From positions 1,600,001 through 1,664,000 of the forward strand of contig CAWCKW010000012.1 of NCBI GenBank assembly GCA_963796285.1: a stretch of 64,000 nucleotides of DNA, read 5' to 3'. The stretch is from Nitrospirota bacterium. Lineage in GTDB: Bacteria; Nitrospirota; UBA9217. Below, piece after piece: positions 50,956-61,066 of this stretch (its first letter is position 1; every line of letters begins with the position of its first letter). A model generated the notes under the pieces. That model was not told the DNA's origin and searched no databases. It worked only from the letters and a program-made list of their open reading frames with translations. Position numbers and translations under genes: made by a program.

Positions 50956-51882
50956 CTAACGCCGGTCGAATATCCCCATGGTCATGTACCGCTCGCCGAC
51001 ATCAGGCAGGACCGTGACGACCCGCGCGCCTTTTCCGAGTTTCTTCGCAACCTGGAGCGCCGCCCAGCAGGCAGCACCGGACGAGATGCCGACGAGCAGC
51101 CCTTCCTCCTGCGCGAGCCGCCGTGTCATGTCGGCTGCATCATCCTGGGTGACCTGGATGATCCCGTCGTACACATCGGTGTTCAAAATGGCGGGAATGA
51201 ACCCCGCTCCAATGCCCTGAATGGGATGCGGACCAGGCTGACCTCCCGAGAGCACCGGCGAGGCCGTGGGTTCCACGGCATAGATCGTGATGTCCTTGTA
51301 CTTTTTCCTGAGCACCTCGCCCACGCCCGTGATCGTGCCGCCGGTCCCGACGCCTGCCACAAAGGCATCGATCTTCTTTGTGCCCATCTGTTTCAAAATT
51401 TCCTTTGCCGTGGTCCTCCGGTGCACCTGCGGGTTCGCGGGATTGCCGAACTGGTCGGGTTTGAAATAGCCCTTGCCCGAGGCGACGATCTCATCGGCCT
51501 TGGCGATCGCGCCCTTCATGCCCTTTTCCGCCGGTGTCAGCACAAGCTCGGCGCCGTAGGCTTCGAGCAGCCTGCGGCGCTCGACCGTCATGGACTCGGG
51601 CATGGTGAGGACGATGGTGTAGCCCTTGACCGCGGCGACCATGGCAAGACCGATGCCGGTATTGCCGCTCGTGGGCTCCACGATCTTCATGCCCTTTTTG
51701 AGCAGTCCCTTTTTCTCCGCGTCCTCGATCATGGCGAGGGCCGGCCGGTCCTTGACACTCCCTCCGGGGTTGAACCCTTCGAGCTTTGCCCACACCTCTG
51801 CGTCGCCAGCGCCCGGCAGCCTATTCAGCTTTACCAACGGAGTGTTCCCGATCAGGTCCAGCACTGTTTTAATCTTTGCCAT
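50956..51882 (-). CDS. cysK: Cysteine synthase A
   Basis: [41 protein letters not shown]. Confidence 0.96.
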   Translation of the reverse strand: MAKIKTVLDLIGNTPLVKLNRLPGAGDAEVWAKLEGFNPGGSVKDRPALAMIEDAEKKGLLKKGMKIVEPTSGNTGIGLAMVAAVKGYTIVLTMPESMTVERRRLLEAYGAELVLTPAEKGMKGAIAKADEIVASGKGYFKPDQFGNPANPQVHRRTTAKEILKQMGTKKIDAFVAGVGTGGTITGVGEVLRKKYKDITIYAVEPTASPVLSGGQPGPHPIQGIGAGFIPAILNTDVYDGIIQVTQDDAADMTRRLAQEEGLLVGISSGAACWAALQVAKKLGKGARVVTVLPDVGERYMTMGIFDRR

Positions 51883-52040
51883 TATTGTCCTTTCGTTGCA
51901 TTTCCTATCGTTAGTTATTCCGCAAACTCTTGCACTGCGCCGTATAGAAACGACATGAGCAGTAAATTCTACTTATCAGTGTAATACTAAATCCGCTTTT
52001 TCAGTGCAAAGGCTATTTTCCTTGAACTCCGAACATTTTT

Positions 52041-53741
<1,701 letters not shown>

Positions 53742-53750
53742 AGTAAAGAT

Positions 53751-53851
53751 AGGGTCATGGGTCAAGTAGCAAGGGTCAAGTAACGTCAAAGTCAAAATCA
53801 CTCTGACCCCGGACCCGTGTCCCTTGATCCTTGACCCCTGACCCCTGACCC
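53751..53851. repeat. Heptamer-arm palindromic element (GGGTCA/TGACCC type) overlapping the 3' end of the TPR gene
   Basis: AGGGTCA TGGGTCA AGTAGCA AGGGTCA ... TGACCCC GGACCCG TGTCCCT TGATCCT TGACCCC TGACCCC TGACCC. Confidence 0.8.
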
Positions 53852-54405
53852 TTTTTTTACCGCATTCGCCTTCTTCATCGCAAAGCGTCCCTGGGTGGAC
53901 GTTCCCTTGCCTCCGGCCTTGCGGTACAGCTCCGCTGCCTGTTCTTTCCTGCCCATGCGTTCACTTGCCCTGCCCGCCCAGTAGTAAGCGGTGCCGACCC
54001 ACATTCCGGATATCGGATAGCTCTCGGGTATTTTCAAGAATTCTTCGACGGCCTCGGCATCTCTGCCGAGGAGAAAGGTGCAGAACCCGATCCAGTACTG
54101 GGTCTGCGCGCGTTCAGCAGGCTTCTGCTCGTTCAAAGCCCGGCGGTATGAATCGAGGGCGCGCTGGTAATCCGTCAGGTGAAAAAAACTGTCGGCGATC
54201 CGTGTATGGAGAACGCCCGGGGAAGGAGTGTGGGATGAAGAGGAAAGCACCGTTTCGTATAATCGGATTGCCTCCGTGTATCGGCCTTGCGAGAACAACA
54301 GGTCCGCTTTTACATATTCCCGGGGAACACTCTGGACGACGGCACATGCGATGTACCGTAGAGTGCAAAGAAAATAAGGAAAGCAATAATACATCTTCTT
54401 TTCAT
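53798..54405 (-). CDS. TPR-repeat protein, probably exported (frameshift near the 5' end)
   Basis: Repeated A..Y...L, QYWIG and YYWAG TPR helices; signal-like MKRRCIIAFLIFFAL in the adjacent frame. Confidence 0.7.
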
Positions 54406-54684
54406 AGGAATCATAAGTATCCCGACCACCAGTGTGTCAAATTTAACACAAAGCATGGGCCTATTCAAGGATAATCTTTTCCGGAAATTTGAAATACATT
54501 CAAAAAAGCAAGGGATTATCTCGGAGAACGGGAGTAACGAGAAAGAATAGATCCTGTTATACATCGAAACAATGTATTGCCATGCCCCATGGTCCCACTT
54601 TCCCTTGACGACGACAGGAGACTTGTGGCAGAGTATAATGGACAGGACAAACCGGACAAAAAAGGAAAAACTAAAAGGCATCTC

Positions 54685-54788
54685 TCGCGGAGGCGCGGAG
54701 CTCGCAGAGTGACATCAAAACATTTAGTCCTTTGACTTAACCCAGAGCAATTTTAAGCTTTTCTCCGCGAACTCCGCGGCTCTGGCGA
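54685..54788. repeat. Triple-CGCnRAG palindromic element
   Basis: TCGCGGAG GCGCGGAG CTCGCAGAG ... CTCCGCGAA CTCCGCGG CTCTGGCGA. Confidence 0.78.
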
Positions 54789-54896
54789 TCGCAGAGCAGG
54801 GTCGTGAAAATTGATTCCCATACTTTTTCAGATTGATCGTTCCATAACTCAAGCAGCCTGAACATCCATTTCCCACGAGGCAGGACAGCTGTACTT

Positions 54897-55608
54897 ATGA
54901 ACTGGCGTTTACTTGATTCCGGCCCCAATATCGGCGTGTACAATATGGCCGTTGATGAAGAACTGCTCGCGCGGGCACAGGCAGGCGAAGCCACACCAAC
55001 GCTCCCGTCTCTACACGTGGCAGCCGCCGGCCGTATCGCTCGGCAGGTTCCAGAAGATAGAGACGGCTGTAGATGTCGAGGCCTGTCGCCAACGGGGAAT
55101 CGACATCGTGAGGCGCATCACCGGCGGCAGGGCGGTCCTCCACCACCACGAACTCACATACAGCATCATCGCGCGCACGGACGATCCCCTGTTTCCCACG
55201 AATGTCCACGGCACGTACAAGATCATCGCCGCCGGTCTTCTCCAGGGGCTCAGGAACCTCGGCATCCCCGCCGAGATAGTGTCGCGATCCGGCCGCTACG
55301 CAGCGCTCGTAAAAAAAGACTCAAAAGATCCCGCGTGCTTCTCCTCCCCTTCCTGGTACGAGATCCTCGTGCACAACAGAAAGATCATCGGCAGCGCCCA
55401 GCGCAGGCTGTCGGGCGCATTTCTCCAGCACGGTTCGATCCTCGATCCACGACGATCCCACGCTTGAGGCCGAGGTCATCCCTGGCGGCGGCAGCGGAGA
55501 CGTGGTCACTTCGATCACCCGGGAACTCGGAAGGGTTGTTGAACGGAGGTGAAGCAGGCGTTCATAAAGGGATTCTCCGAAGCGCTGGGAATAGAATTTT
55601 CAACGTAG
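54897..55608 (+). CDS. Lipoate-protein ligase / octanoyltransferase (LipM/LplA family; frameshifted)
   Basis: NMAVDE, RLYTW..SLGRFQ, RRITGGRAVLH, KIIGSAQRR, LQHGSI. Confidence 0.88.
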
Positions 55609-55656
55609 TTCGTCGTTCAGAGAAAACCTCCATACCATCGAATACCATCGAAATCC

Positions 55657-56824
55657 TGTTCTGGCAAAATGATAATGTCCTATACTGCCAAAATAGAAAT
55701 GTCCTATTCCCGGTTACAATGCCCTGACGTAATCGGAGGGCATTGTGGCGGAAAAGGACATGATCAGCATGAGCAGGAGAGAAGCAAAAAGACTTCACAT
55801 CATCCATCAGGCATTGAGTAAGAAGATCAGCCAAACAGAGGCGGCATCACTAATCGACCTCAGCGACCGCCAGATACGAAGGATGATCAAACGGATACTG
55901 AAAGAAGGCGATGAGGGCATATGTCACCGGTCCCGGGGAACGACATCGAATCACCGCATCCCCAAGAAAATCAAGGAAAAGACGCTCAAGCTGTTTCGGG
56001 AGCAGTACAAGGATTTTGGTCCTGACCATGCCACTGAAAAGCTGTTCGAGGTCCACGGGATAGCGATCAACGATGAAACACTCAGGTTATGGCTGAACGA
56101 AGCGGAGATTCCTTACAAGAAGCGCAAGGGAAGAAACACCGGCAGCGGCGTGAACGAAAGCCCATTTTGGCGAAATGGTCCAGATCGACGGCTCCCATCA
56201 TGACTGGTTCGAAGGCCGGGGACCTAAATGTGTGTTCATGGGATACATCGACGATGCCACCGACACCGTGCATGGCCGTTTTTATGACTATGAGGGACCA
56301 TGCCGGCCATGGACAGCATGAAGCGCTATATCAAGCGCTACGGCATTCCTCAAAGCGTGTATCTGGACAAACACTCTACGTACAAATCCTGGGCCGAGCC
56401 GACCATTGAAGAGCAGCTCAACGACCAGCGGCCCATGAGCCATTTTGAAAAGAGCCTGGAAGAACTGGAGATAGAGGTTATCCATGCCAATTCACCCCAA
56501 GCCAAAGGCAGGGTGGAGCGGCTCTTTAAGACCCTACAGGATCGGCTGGTACAGGAGATGCGGCTTGCGGGGGTTAAGAGCGTGGATGAGGCAAACGAGT
56601 TCCTTACAACCTATCTGCCGAAGTACAACAGGAAGTTCAAAAAACAGGCTGCTTCTGAAGCCGATATCCACCGGACCGCGCCACACAGCAGGGAACTTGA
56701 CAAGATTCTCAGTATCAGGGAAGAACGAACAGTCCGGAACGACTTTACCATCTCTTACAACGGTAAACTCTATCAGATCAAGGACTTTGTAAAATCTCAG
56801 AAGGTTGTCGTTACGTACCGCTAA
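55657..56824 (+). mobile_element. Truncated IS (ISNCY/IS1202-like): left end plus 3'-truncated, frameshifted DDE transposase (55745-56824)
   Basis: TGT end followed by two 24-bp repeats containing AATGTCCTA; HTH (LSDRQIRR), DFGP, GEMVQIDGSHHDWFE, IDDAT, YLDKHS, ANSPQAKGRVER.FKTLQDRL; no right end found. Confidence 0.88.
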
Positions 56825-56892
56825 TTACTGGTTAATTTCTTAAAGAAGACAGGCCAACTGAAGGTTCGGATAGATTCATATCTAAGGACCAT

Positions 56893-57302
56893 ATGATGGA
56901 TATAGTACAGTTGATAAAGAAAATATCAATTTTCACCGCTATGCCGATTTTGTTGCGATGCTTGCAATTGTCGGAATCATAAAATTGTTGATTCCGGCAC
57001 TTCAAAAGTTAGCGGACAGGTCTTTTCAAGTTATCGACAAACATGCAGCACAGCCGAAACCGATAGGTCGATATGGCAGGCTTGCGCGCGGCAGTATTAA
57101 AATCATGATAGGGTATATTCTCTTTACCGTTATCCTCCATATATTCAGCCTACCTTTCTATTTTATTCGTGCCCACAAATGGGAACCGCCCGAGTTCATT
57201 ATTCTCCTGTTGGCTGTAATGGCGATTCTGTTCTGGGTTTATAACTTACAAACTGATGAAAGTTGTGAACAAGGATTTCAACTCGTAAGAGATTTGCACT
57301 GA
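56893..57302 (+). CDS. Cassette-borne hypothetical membrane protein (probable frameshift near 56955)
   Basis: Low GC, three hydrophobic segments, AAGGA RBS, stop 10 bp before an attC. Confidence 0.55.
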
Positions 57303-57312
57303 TAAATATGAC

Positions 57313-57372
57313 GATTAACAATCGCGTCCACTGCGACGCGCCCGAAGACGGCGCGCGACGCGAGTGTTAAAC
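57313..57372 (+). mobile_element. attC site 1 (60 bp)
   Basis: GATTAAC...GTTAAAC; inner stems TCGCGTC/GACGCGA and CGCGCC/GGCGCG. Confidence 0.82.
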
Positions 57373-57415
57373 CAAGCAAGCGGGGTTGCAATATTTCCAA
57401 TACGGTGAGTCAGAA

Positions 57416-57790
57416 ATGACCAAAGACCAATTTGATTATTACGTTGAGTTGAGTGCACTTCTATTCACACTAATACTGCTAATTTCAGCAGTCGTAATGA
57501 TGATTCTCAAACCTCAGAAATATTCCCTGAAAAATCCACGAGCCACTATTCGCCGCGGGATTTTATTTATTCTTTTCACAGTTGCATTTAACAGTGCCAA
57601 AAGAAACAGATGGGATTTCAGTTATATTCTTGCATTTATGTGCATGATGAAAGTCCATCATGACAATTACTTGCGCACAATACTTTTTATAAGTTACTTC
57701 CCGACTATGTGGGGCTGTTTGCAGTTGCTGTTTACTCGGATAGGAATCCTAAACCCAAGCAAGCATAGATTGCTTAATTCTGCATATTGA
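57416..57790 (+). CDS. Cassette-borne hypothetical membrane protein
   Basis: Low GC, several hydrophobic segments, directly after attC1. Confidence 0.55.
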   Translation: MTKDQFDYYVELSALLFTLILLISAVVMMILKPQKYSLKNPRATIRRGILFILFTVAFNSAKRNRWDFSYILAFMCMMKVHHDNYLRTILFISYFPTMWGCLQLLFTRIGILNPSKHRLLNSAY

Positions 57791-57815
57791 CGTCTGTGTG
57801 CGACCGGTATATAAT
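57787..57815 (+). promoter_or_regulatory. Near-consensus sigma70 promoter of the TA module (probably leaderless)
   Basis: TTGACG, 17 bp spacer, TATAAT; ATG follows 6 nt later with no RBS. Confidence 0.75.
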
Positions 57816-57821
57816 ATTTCC

Positions 57822-58051
57822 ATGAAAACAACCATTGATACGATCATAGCGGAAGTCCTTTCTCTTTCGCCGCAGGCGCGTGCATTCGTAGCGGAAAAGC
57901 TGATCGAGAGCCTCGACTCAGAACCGGCAGTTACACTGTCTGCCGCCTGGCAGGATGAAGTGCGCAAGCGCTGTCGCGAGATCAATGAGGGGCCCGTGGA
58001 GTTACGTGACGCCGAGGATGTTTTCGCCCGCGGCTATGCTGCACTGGATGA
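57822..58051 (+). CDS. Addiction-module antitoxin
   Basis: LSLSPQARAFVAEKLIESLD...AAWQDEVRKR pattern; its ATGA-coupled stop is 1 nt out of frame. Confidence 0.78.
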
Positions 58052-58382
58052 TACCGATTCGCTTCCATCCAGAAGCGATGCCAAGATGATGTTGGCAGCG
58101 ATCTTCGAGAGCCAACAAAAGGCCTCGGCAAACGCTTTCTCGCATCTGTTCAGGATACCCTCAACAGAATCCAAGTTAATCCCCTCTTATATCGAAGAGT
58201 TAGAGACTGGCGTTCGTCGCTGTCTAACAATGACCTTCCCGTTCGATGTTTTTATCAGGATCATGCCGAATCAGTACGTCATTATCGCGGTGATGCACTT
58301 GCATCGTGAGCCGGGATACTGGAAAAACCGCGTACCCATAATCTCTCCACATATCAACAAAGTCAGACGAATTACCACATAG
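58048..58382 (+). pseudogene. RelE/ParE-family toxin (several indels: decayed or assembly error)
   Basis: Pieces MIPIRFHPEA, ESQQ.GLGKRFL, VRRCL..FPF and IIAVMHLHREPGYWKNR lie in shifting frames. Confidence 0.72.
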
Positions 58383-58388
58383 GGAGTT

Positions 58389-58448
58389 TCAAAACCAGCG
58401 GCTCGACAGCGACGTGCCAGAAGACGGCGCGTTACGCGATCGTTAACT
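58389..58448 (+). mobile_element. attC site 2 (60 bp, partly degenerate)
   Basis: TCAAAAC...GTTAACT; by manual alignment 34 of 46 internal positions match attC1 without gaps. Confidence 0.72.
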
Positions 58449-58452
58449 TAAT

Positions 58453-59523
58453 ATGGAACTTATAACTCTCGGATTTGATCAGTGGTTTGAAGAAAAAAGA
58501 TCGGAGGCGCTGAGACCAGACTGCACCGTGGCTCGCGTGACTGCGGTCCATAAGGACAGCTACCTCGTAAGAAATCATAACAGCGAAGTTCTTGCTGAAT
58601 TAGCCGGAAGTTTTATTTACTCCGCTGAGTCGAGCATAGATCTTCCTTCGGTAGGTGATTGGGCACTGGTCCAGTTTCACAACGCCGATACCTTTGCCAT
58701 CATCCATGGTCTTCTCCCACGCAAATCTTTTTTACGGAGAAAAACCCCTGGTAAAAAAATCGACTACCAGATGATCGCGGTCAACATAGATTCCGCCTTG
58801 ATCGTGCAAGCCTGTGATCTTGATTTCAATCTGCGCAGGCTGGAGCGCTACCTTGTGATGGTAAACGAAGGACACATTGAACCGGTACTCCTCTTGACAA
58901 AAAGCGACCTCGTCAGCCCCGAGAAACTGGACCAAAGAATATCGGAGGTACGTCAAGCTAACATAAATTGCAAAGTCCTCCCGCTCAGCAACGTAACCGG
59001 CTGCGGAGTGGATCAAGTGCGTCAATTACTGGAGCCGCGTAAAACGTATTGTCTGGTTGGGTCTTCCGGAGTTGGCAAAACAACGCTCCTGAACCATATT
59101 ATCGGTCGTGATATATTTGAGACAAACACCGTCCGTGCAAGCGATGGGAAGGGCAAACACACGACGGCGCAGCGCCAGCTGATCGTCCTTGATCAAGGGG
59201 CAATGTTGATCGACACCCCTGGAATGAGGGAACTGGGGAATATCGGCGTCAGCTCCGGTCTTGAGGAAAGCTTTGCTGATATTTGGAGCCTTTCAAAAAC
59301 CTGCCGTTTTACCAATTGCACTCATACTCAGGAAGTTGGTTGCGCACTCCTGACCGCAATTGAAAATGGCACATTGCAGGCGGATCGATACCAGAGCTAT
59401 TTGAAGCTGATGAAAGAATCCGAATACAATGAGCTGTCCTACGTTGAAAAGCGTAAAAAGGACAGGAAGTTCGGACAGTTCGTCAAGACTGCAATGAAAC
59501 ATCACAAAAAAAGTGATGAATAG
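58453..59523 (+). CDS. rsgA: Ribosome small subunit-dependent GTPase A
   Basis: OB domain VGDW, TKSDL, GSSGVGKTT, GKHTT, DTPGMRE, CRFTNCTH..E..C Zn finger. Confidence 0.95.
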   Translation: MELITLGFDQWFEEKRSEALRPDCTVARVTAVHKDSYLVRNHNSEVLAELAGSFIYSAESSIDLPSVGDWALVQFHNADTFAIIHGLLPRKSFLRRKTPGKKIDYQMIAVNIDSALIVQACDLDFNLRRLERYLVMVNEGHIEPVLLLTKSDLVSPEKLDQRISEVRQANINCKVLPLSNVTGCGVDQVRQLLEPRKTYCLVGSSGVGKTTLLNHIIGRDIFETNTVRASDGKGKHTTAQRQLIVLDQGAMLIDTPGMRELGNIGVSSGLEESFADIWSLSKTCRFTNCTHTQEVGCALLTAIENGTLQADRYQSYLKLMKESEYNELSYVEKRKKDRKFGQFVKTAMKHHKKSDE

Positions 59524-59551
59524 TGCATCCTGCGGGTCGAGTCCGACGCGC
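59523..59551 (+). mobile_element. attC left-arm remnant
   Basis: ATCCTGCGGGTCGAGTCCGACGCGC resembles the attC3 left arm AACCAGCGGGTC....GACGCGC; right arm absent. Confidence 0.45.
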
Positions 59552-59620
59552 TTCTCCTCTCGCAAACACAGCATCAATTATTGTCGAATGGCAGTGTGAA
59601 GCACATCTATAGGAGGTCGT

Positions 59621-60262
59621 ATGAAAACTATCCTCATTGCAACCGCACTGCTGTCGCTGACCCTTACGGTACCTGCATTCGCTGCTGACGGGGCCCAGGC
59701 GGCCGATACTCAAAGCCAGGCCGTTGTGCTCTTTGAACAGGGAAGCAGCTTCCTTTTGGGCAACAAGCATGAAGAGGCCAAAAAGGCTTTCCGTGAAGCG
59801 ATCGCTCTGGACCCGAACTACGTGGAAGCGTACGACAGCCTGGGGAAGATCCTGGTGCTGCAGCAGAAATACGACGAAGCGGTAAAAGAGTTTTCCAGGG
59901 CCCTGGAGCTTTCGTCCAGCGACTTCACGGCGTACTTTAACCGCGGTGTTGCCTTGCATCATCTGGGAAAACTGGACGACGCGATCCGTGATTTCACCGA
60001 GGTCATTCGTGTCTACCCGAAGAACCAGGCTGCGTACAATATCCGCGGCATTGCCAAATTCGACCAGGGGAAGATCGACGAAGCGATCGAAGACTACACG
60101 AAGGCCATCCAGCTCAATCCCGGCTATGCCAAGGCATATAACAATCGGGCGCTCGCCTATTTGAAGCAGGGCAAGAACGCCGAAGCAGCGCGTGATTTCG
60201 CCAAATCCGGACAACCCATGCCCGGACCTCAGGAAAAACGTTCCAGTCAGTGTGCCTTTTAA
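59621..60262 (+). CDS. Secreted TPR-repeat protein
   Basis: AGGAGG RBS, signal peptide, about five TPRs (AYFNRG, AYNIRG, AYNNRA). Confidence 0.88.
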   Translation: MKTILIATALLSLTLTVPAFAADGAQAADTQSQAVVLFEQGSSFLLGNKHEEAKKAFREAIALDPNYVEAYDSLGKILVLQQKYDEAVKEFSRALELSSSDFTAYFNRGVALHHLGKLDDAIRDFTEVIRVYPKNQAAYNIRGIAKFDQGKIDEAIEDYTKAIQLNPGYAKAYNNRALAYLKQGKNAEAARDFAKSGQPMPGPQEKRSSQCAF

Positions 60263-60380
60263 TGACGAAAAGGATGGCCATGGACCGGCACGGGGAATAT
60301 CTTTCGATACTTGCATGCTTGGCAGGCCTGCTTTTGTAGTCGCGTCTTTTTCCTTGCATCAGCAATAACGGAGACGATGA

Positions 60381-60440
60381 TTCCAACCAGCGGGTCCGCG
60401 GGGACGCGCCAAAAGCGGCGCGTGACCCGCGTGGTTAAGC
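60381..60440 (+). mobile_element. attC site 3 (60 bp)
   Basis: TTCCAAC...GTTAAGC; stems GCGGGTC/GACCCGC and CGCGCC/GGCGCG. Confidence 0.82.
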
Positions 60441-60466
60441 CCTGGAAGTTCAGAGAGGAGAGCACG

Positions 60467-60811
60467 ATGAGCAACGAACAGGTGGCACCTGAGACGAAAG
60501 GTGTTACGGTGAAGTTACTTGCAACGGTTGACCTTGGCCCTGAGATCGAGGGCATGGCAGGGCGCCAACTTCGAATGCGTATGGTGACCATCGAGCCTGG
60601 AGGCGTCTTCGGCCCGATTCACGACCATAAAGACAGACCAGGCACCGTCTACATACTGCAAGGAACGATCACTGACCATCGAAATGGAGTCGCTACGGAC
60701 TATGGGCCGGGAGTGGGCTGGCCCGAGGATAGGAACACCACACACTGGCTTGAGAACAGAGGAACGATTCCGGCAGTGGAGATCTCGGTCGATATAGTCA
60801 GGCAAGAGTAA
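60467..60811 (+). CDS. Cassette-borne cupin-domain protein
   Basis: GAGGAG RBS; GPIHDH..PG.VYILQG and HWLENRG cupin motifs; flanked by attC3 and attC4. Confidence 0.88.
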   Translation: MSNEQVAPETKGVTVKLLATVDLGPEIEGMAGRQLRMRMVTIEPGGVFGPIHDHKDRPGTVYILQGTITDHRNGVATDYGPGVGWPEDRNTTHWLENRGTIPAVEISVDIVRQE

Positions 60812-60824
60812 GCTCAGGCCCGAC

Positions 60825-60916
60825 ATCTAACACGCTAGGGCCTGGCACGCGGCTAACCGGACGCGCATCGGTCGGCTTCGCCTCCTTTCGCGCGCCGGTT
60901 AGCCTCAACGTTACGA
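60825..60916 (+). mobile_element. attC site 4 (92 bp, irregular left end)
   Basis: ATCTAAC...GTTACGA; long stem GGCTAACCGG-A-CGCG / CGCGCCGGTTAGCC. Confidence 0.75.
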
Positions 60917-61066
60917 GGCCATCAAGGGGGTTCGTAAATCGCTAAAAAGCTGAATCTCTCATTGCGCAACCCTTTTGATGTCCCGGGTTCATCCTTGGTT
61001 ATTCGTTGTTTCGCAGCCCGTCTGTTCTTCCTTTACATTCCTGTCGTGTTGTGTTAAAAATTCTTC

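Noticed and set aside
51883-52040. SAM or other riboswitch upstream of cysK; T-boxes upstream of leuS/proS
   Set aside because: No recognisable aptamer or T-box consensus on the coding strand. An Rfam scan would be needed to exclude them fully.
57798-58382. 194-aa antitoxin-toxin fusion protein
   Set aside because: An ATGA junction is visible and the toxin motifs are spread over different frames, so the fusion results from indels.
57313-60916. CRISPR array interpretation of the recurring ~60-bp palindromes
   Set aside because: The repeats are diverged and separated by whole genes rather than 30-40-nt spacers, and there are no cas genes.
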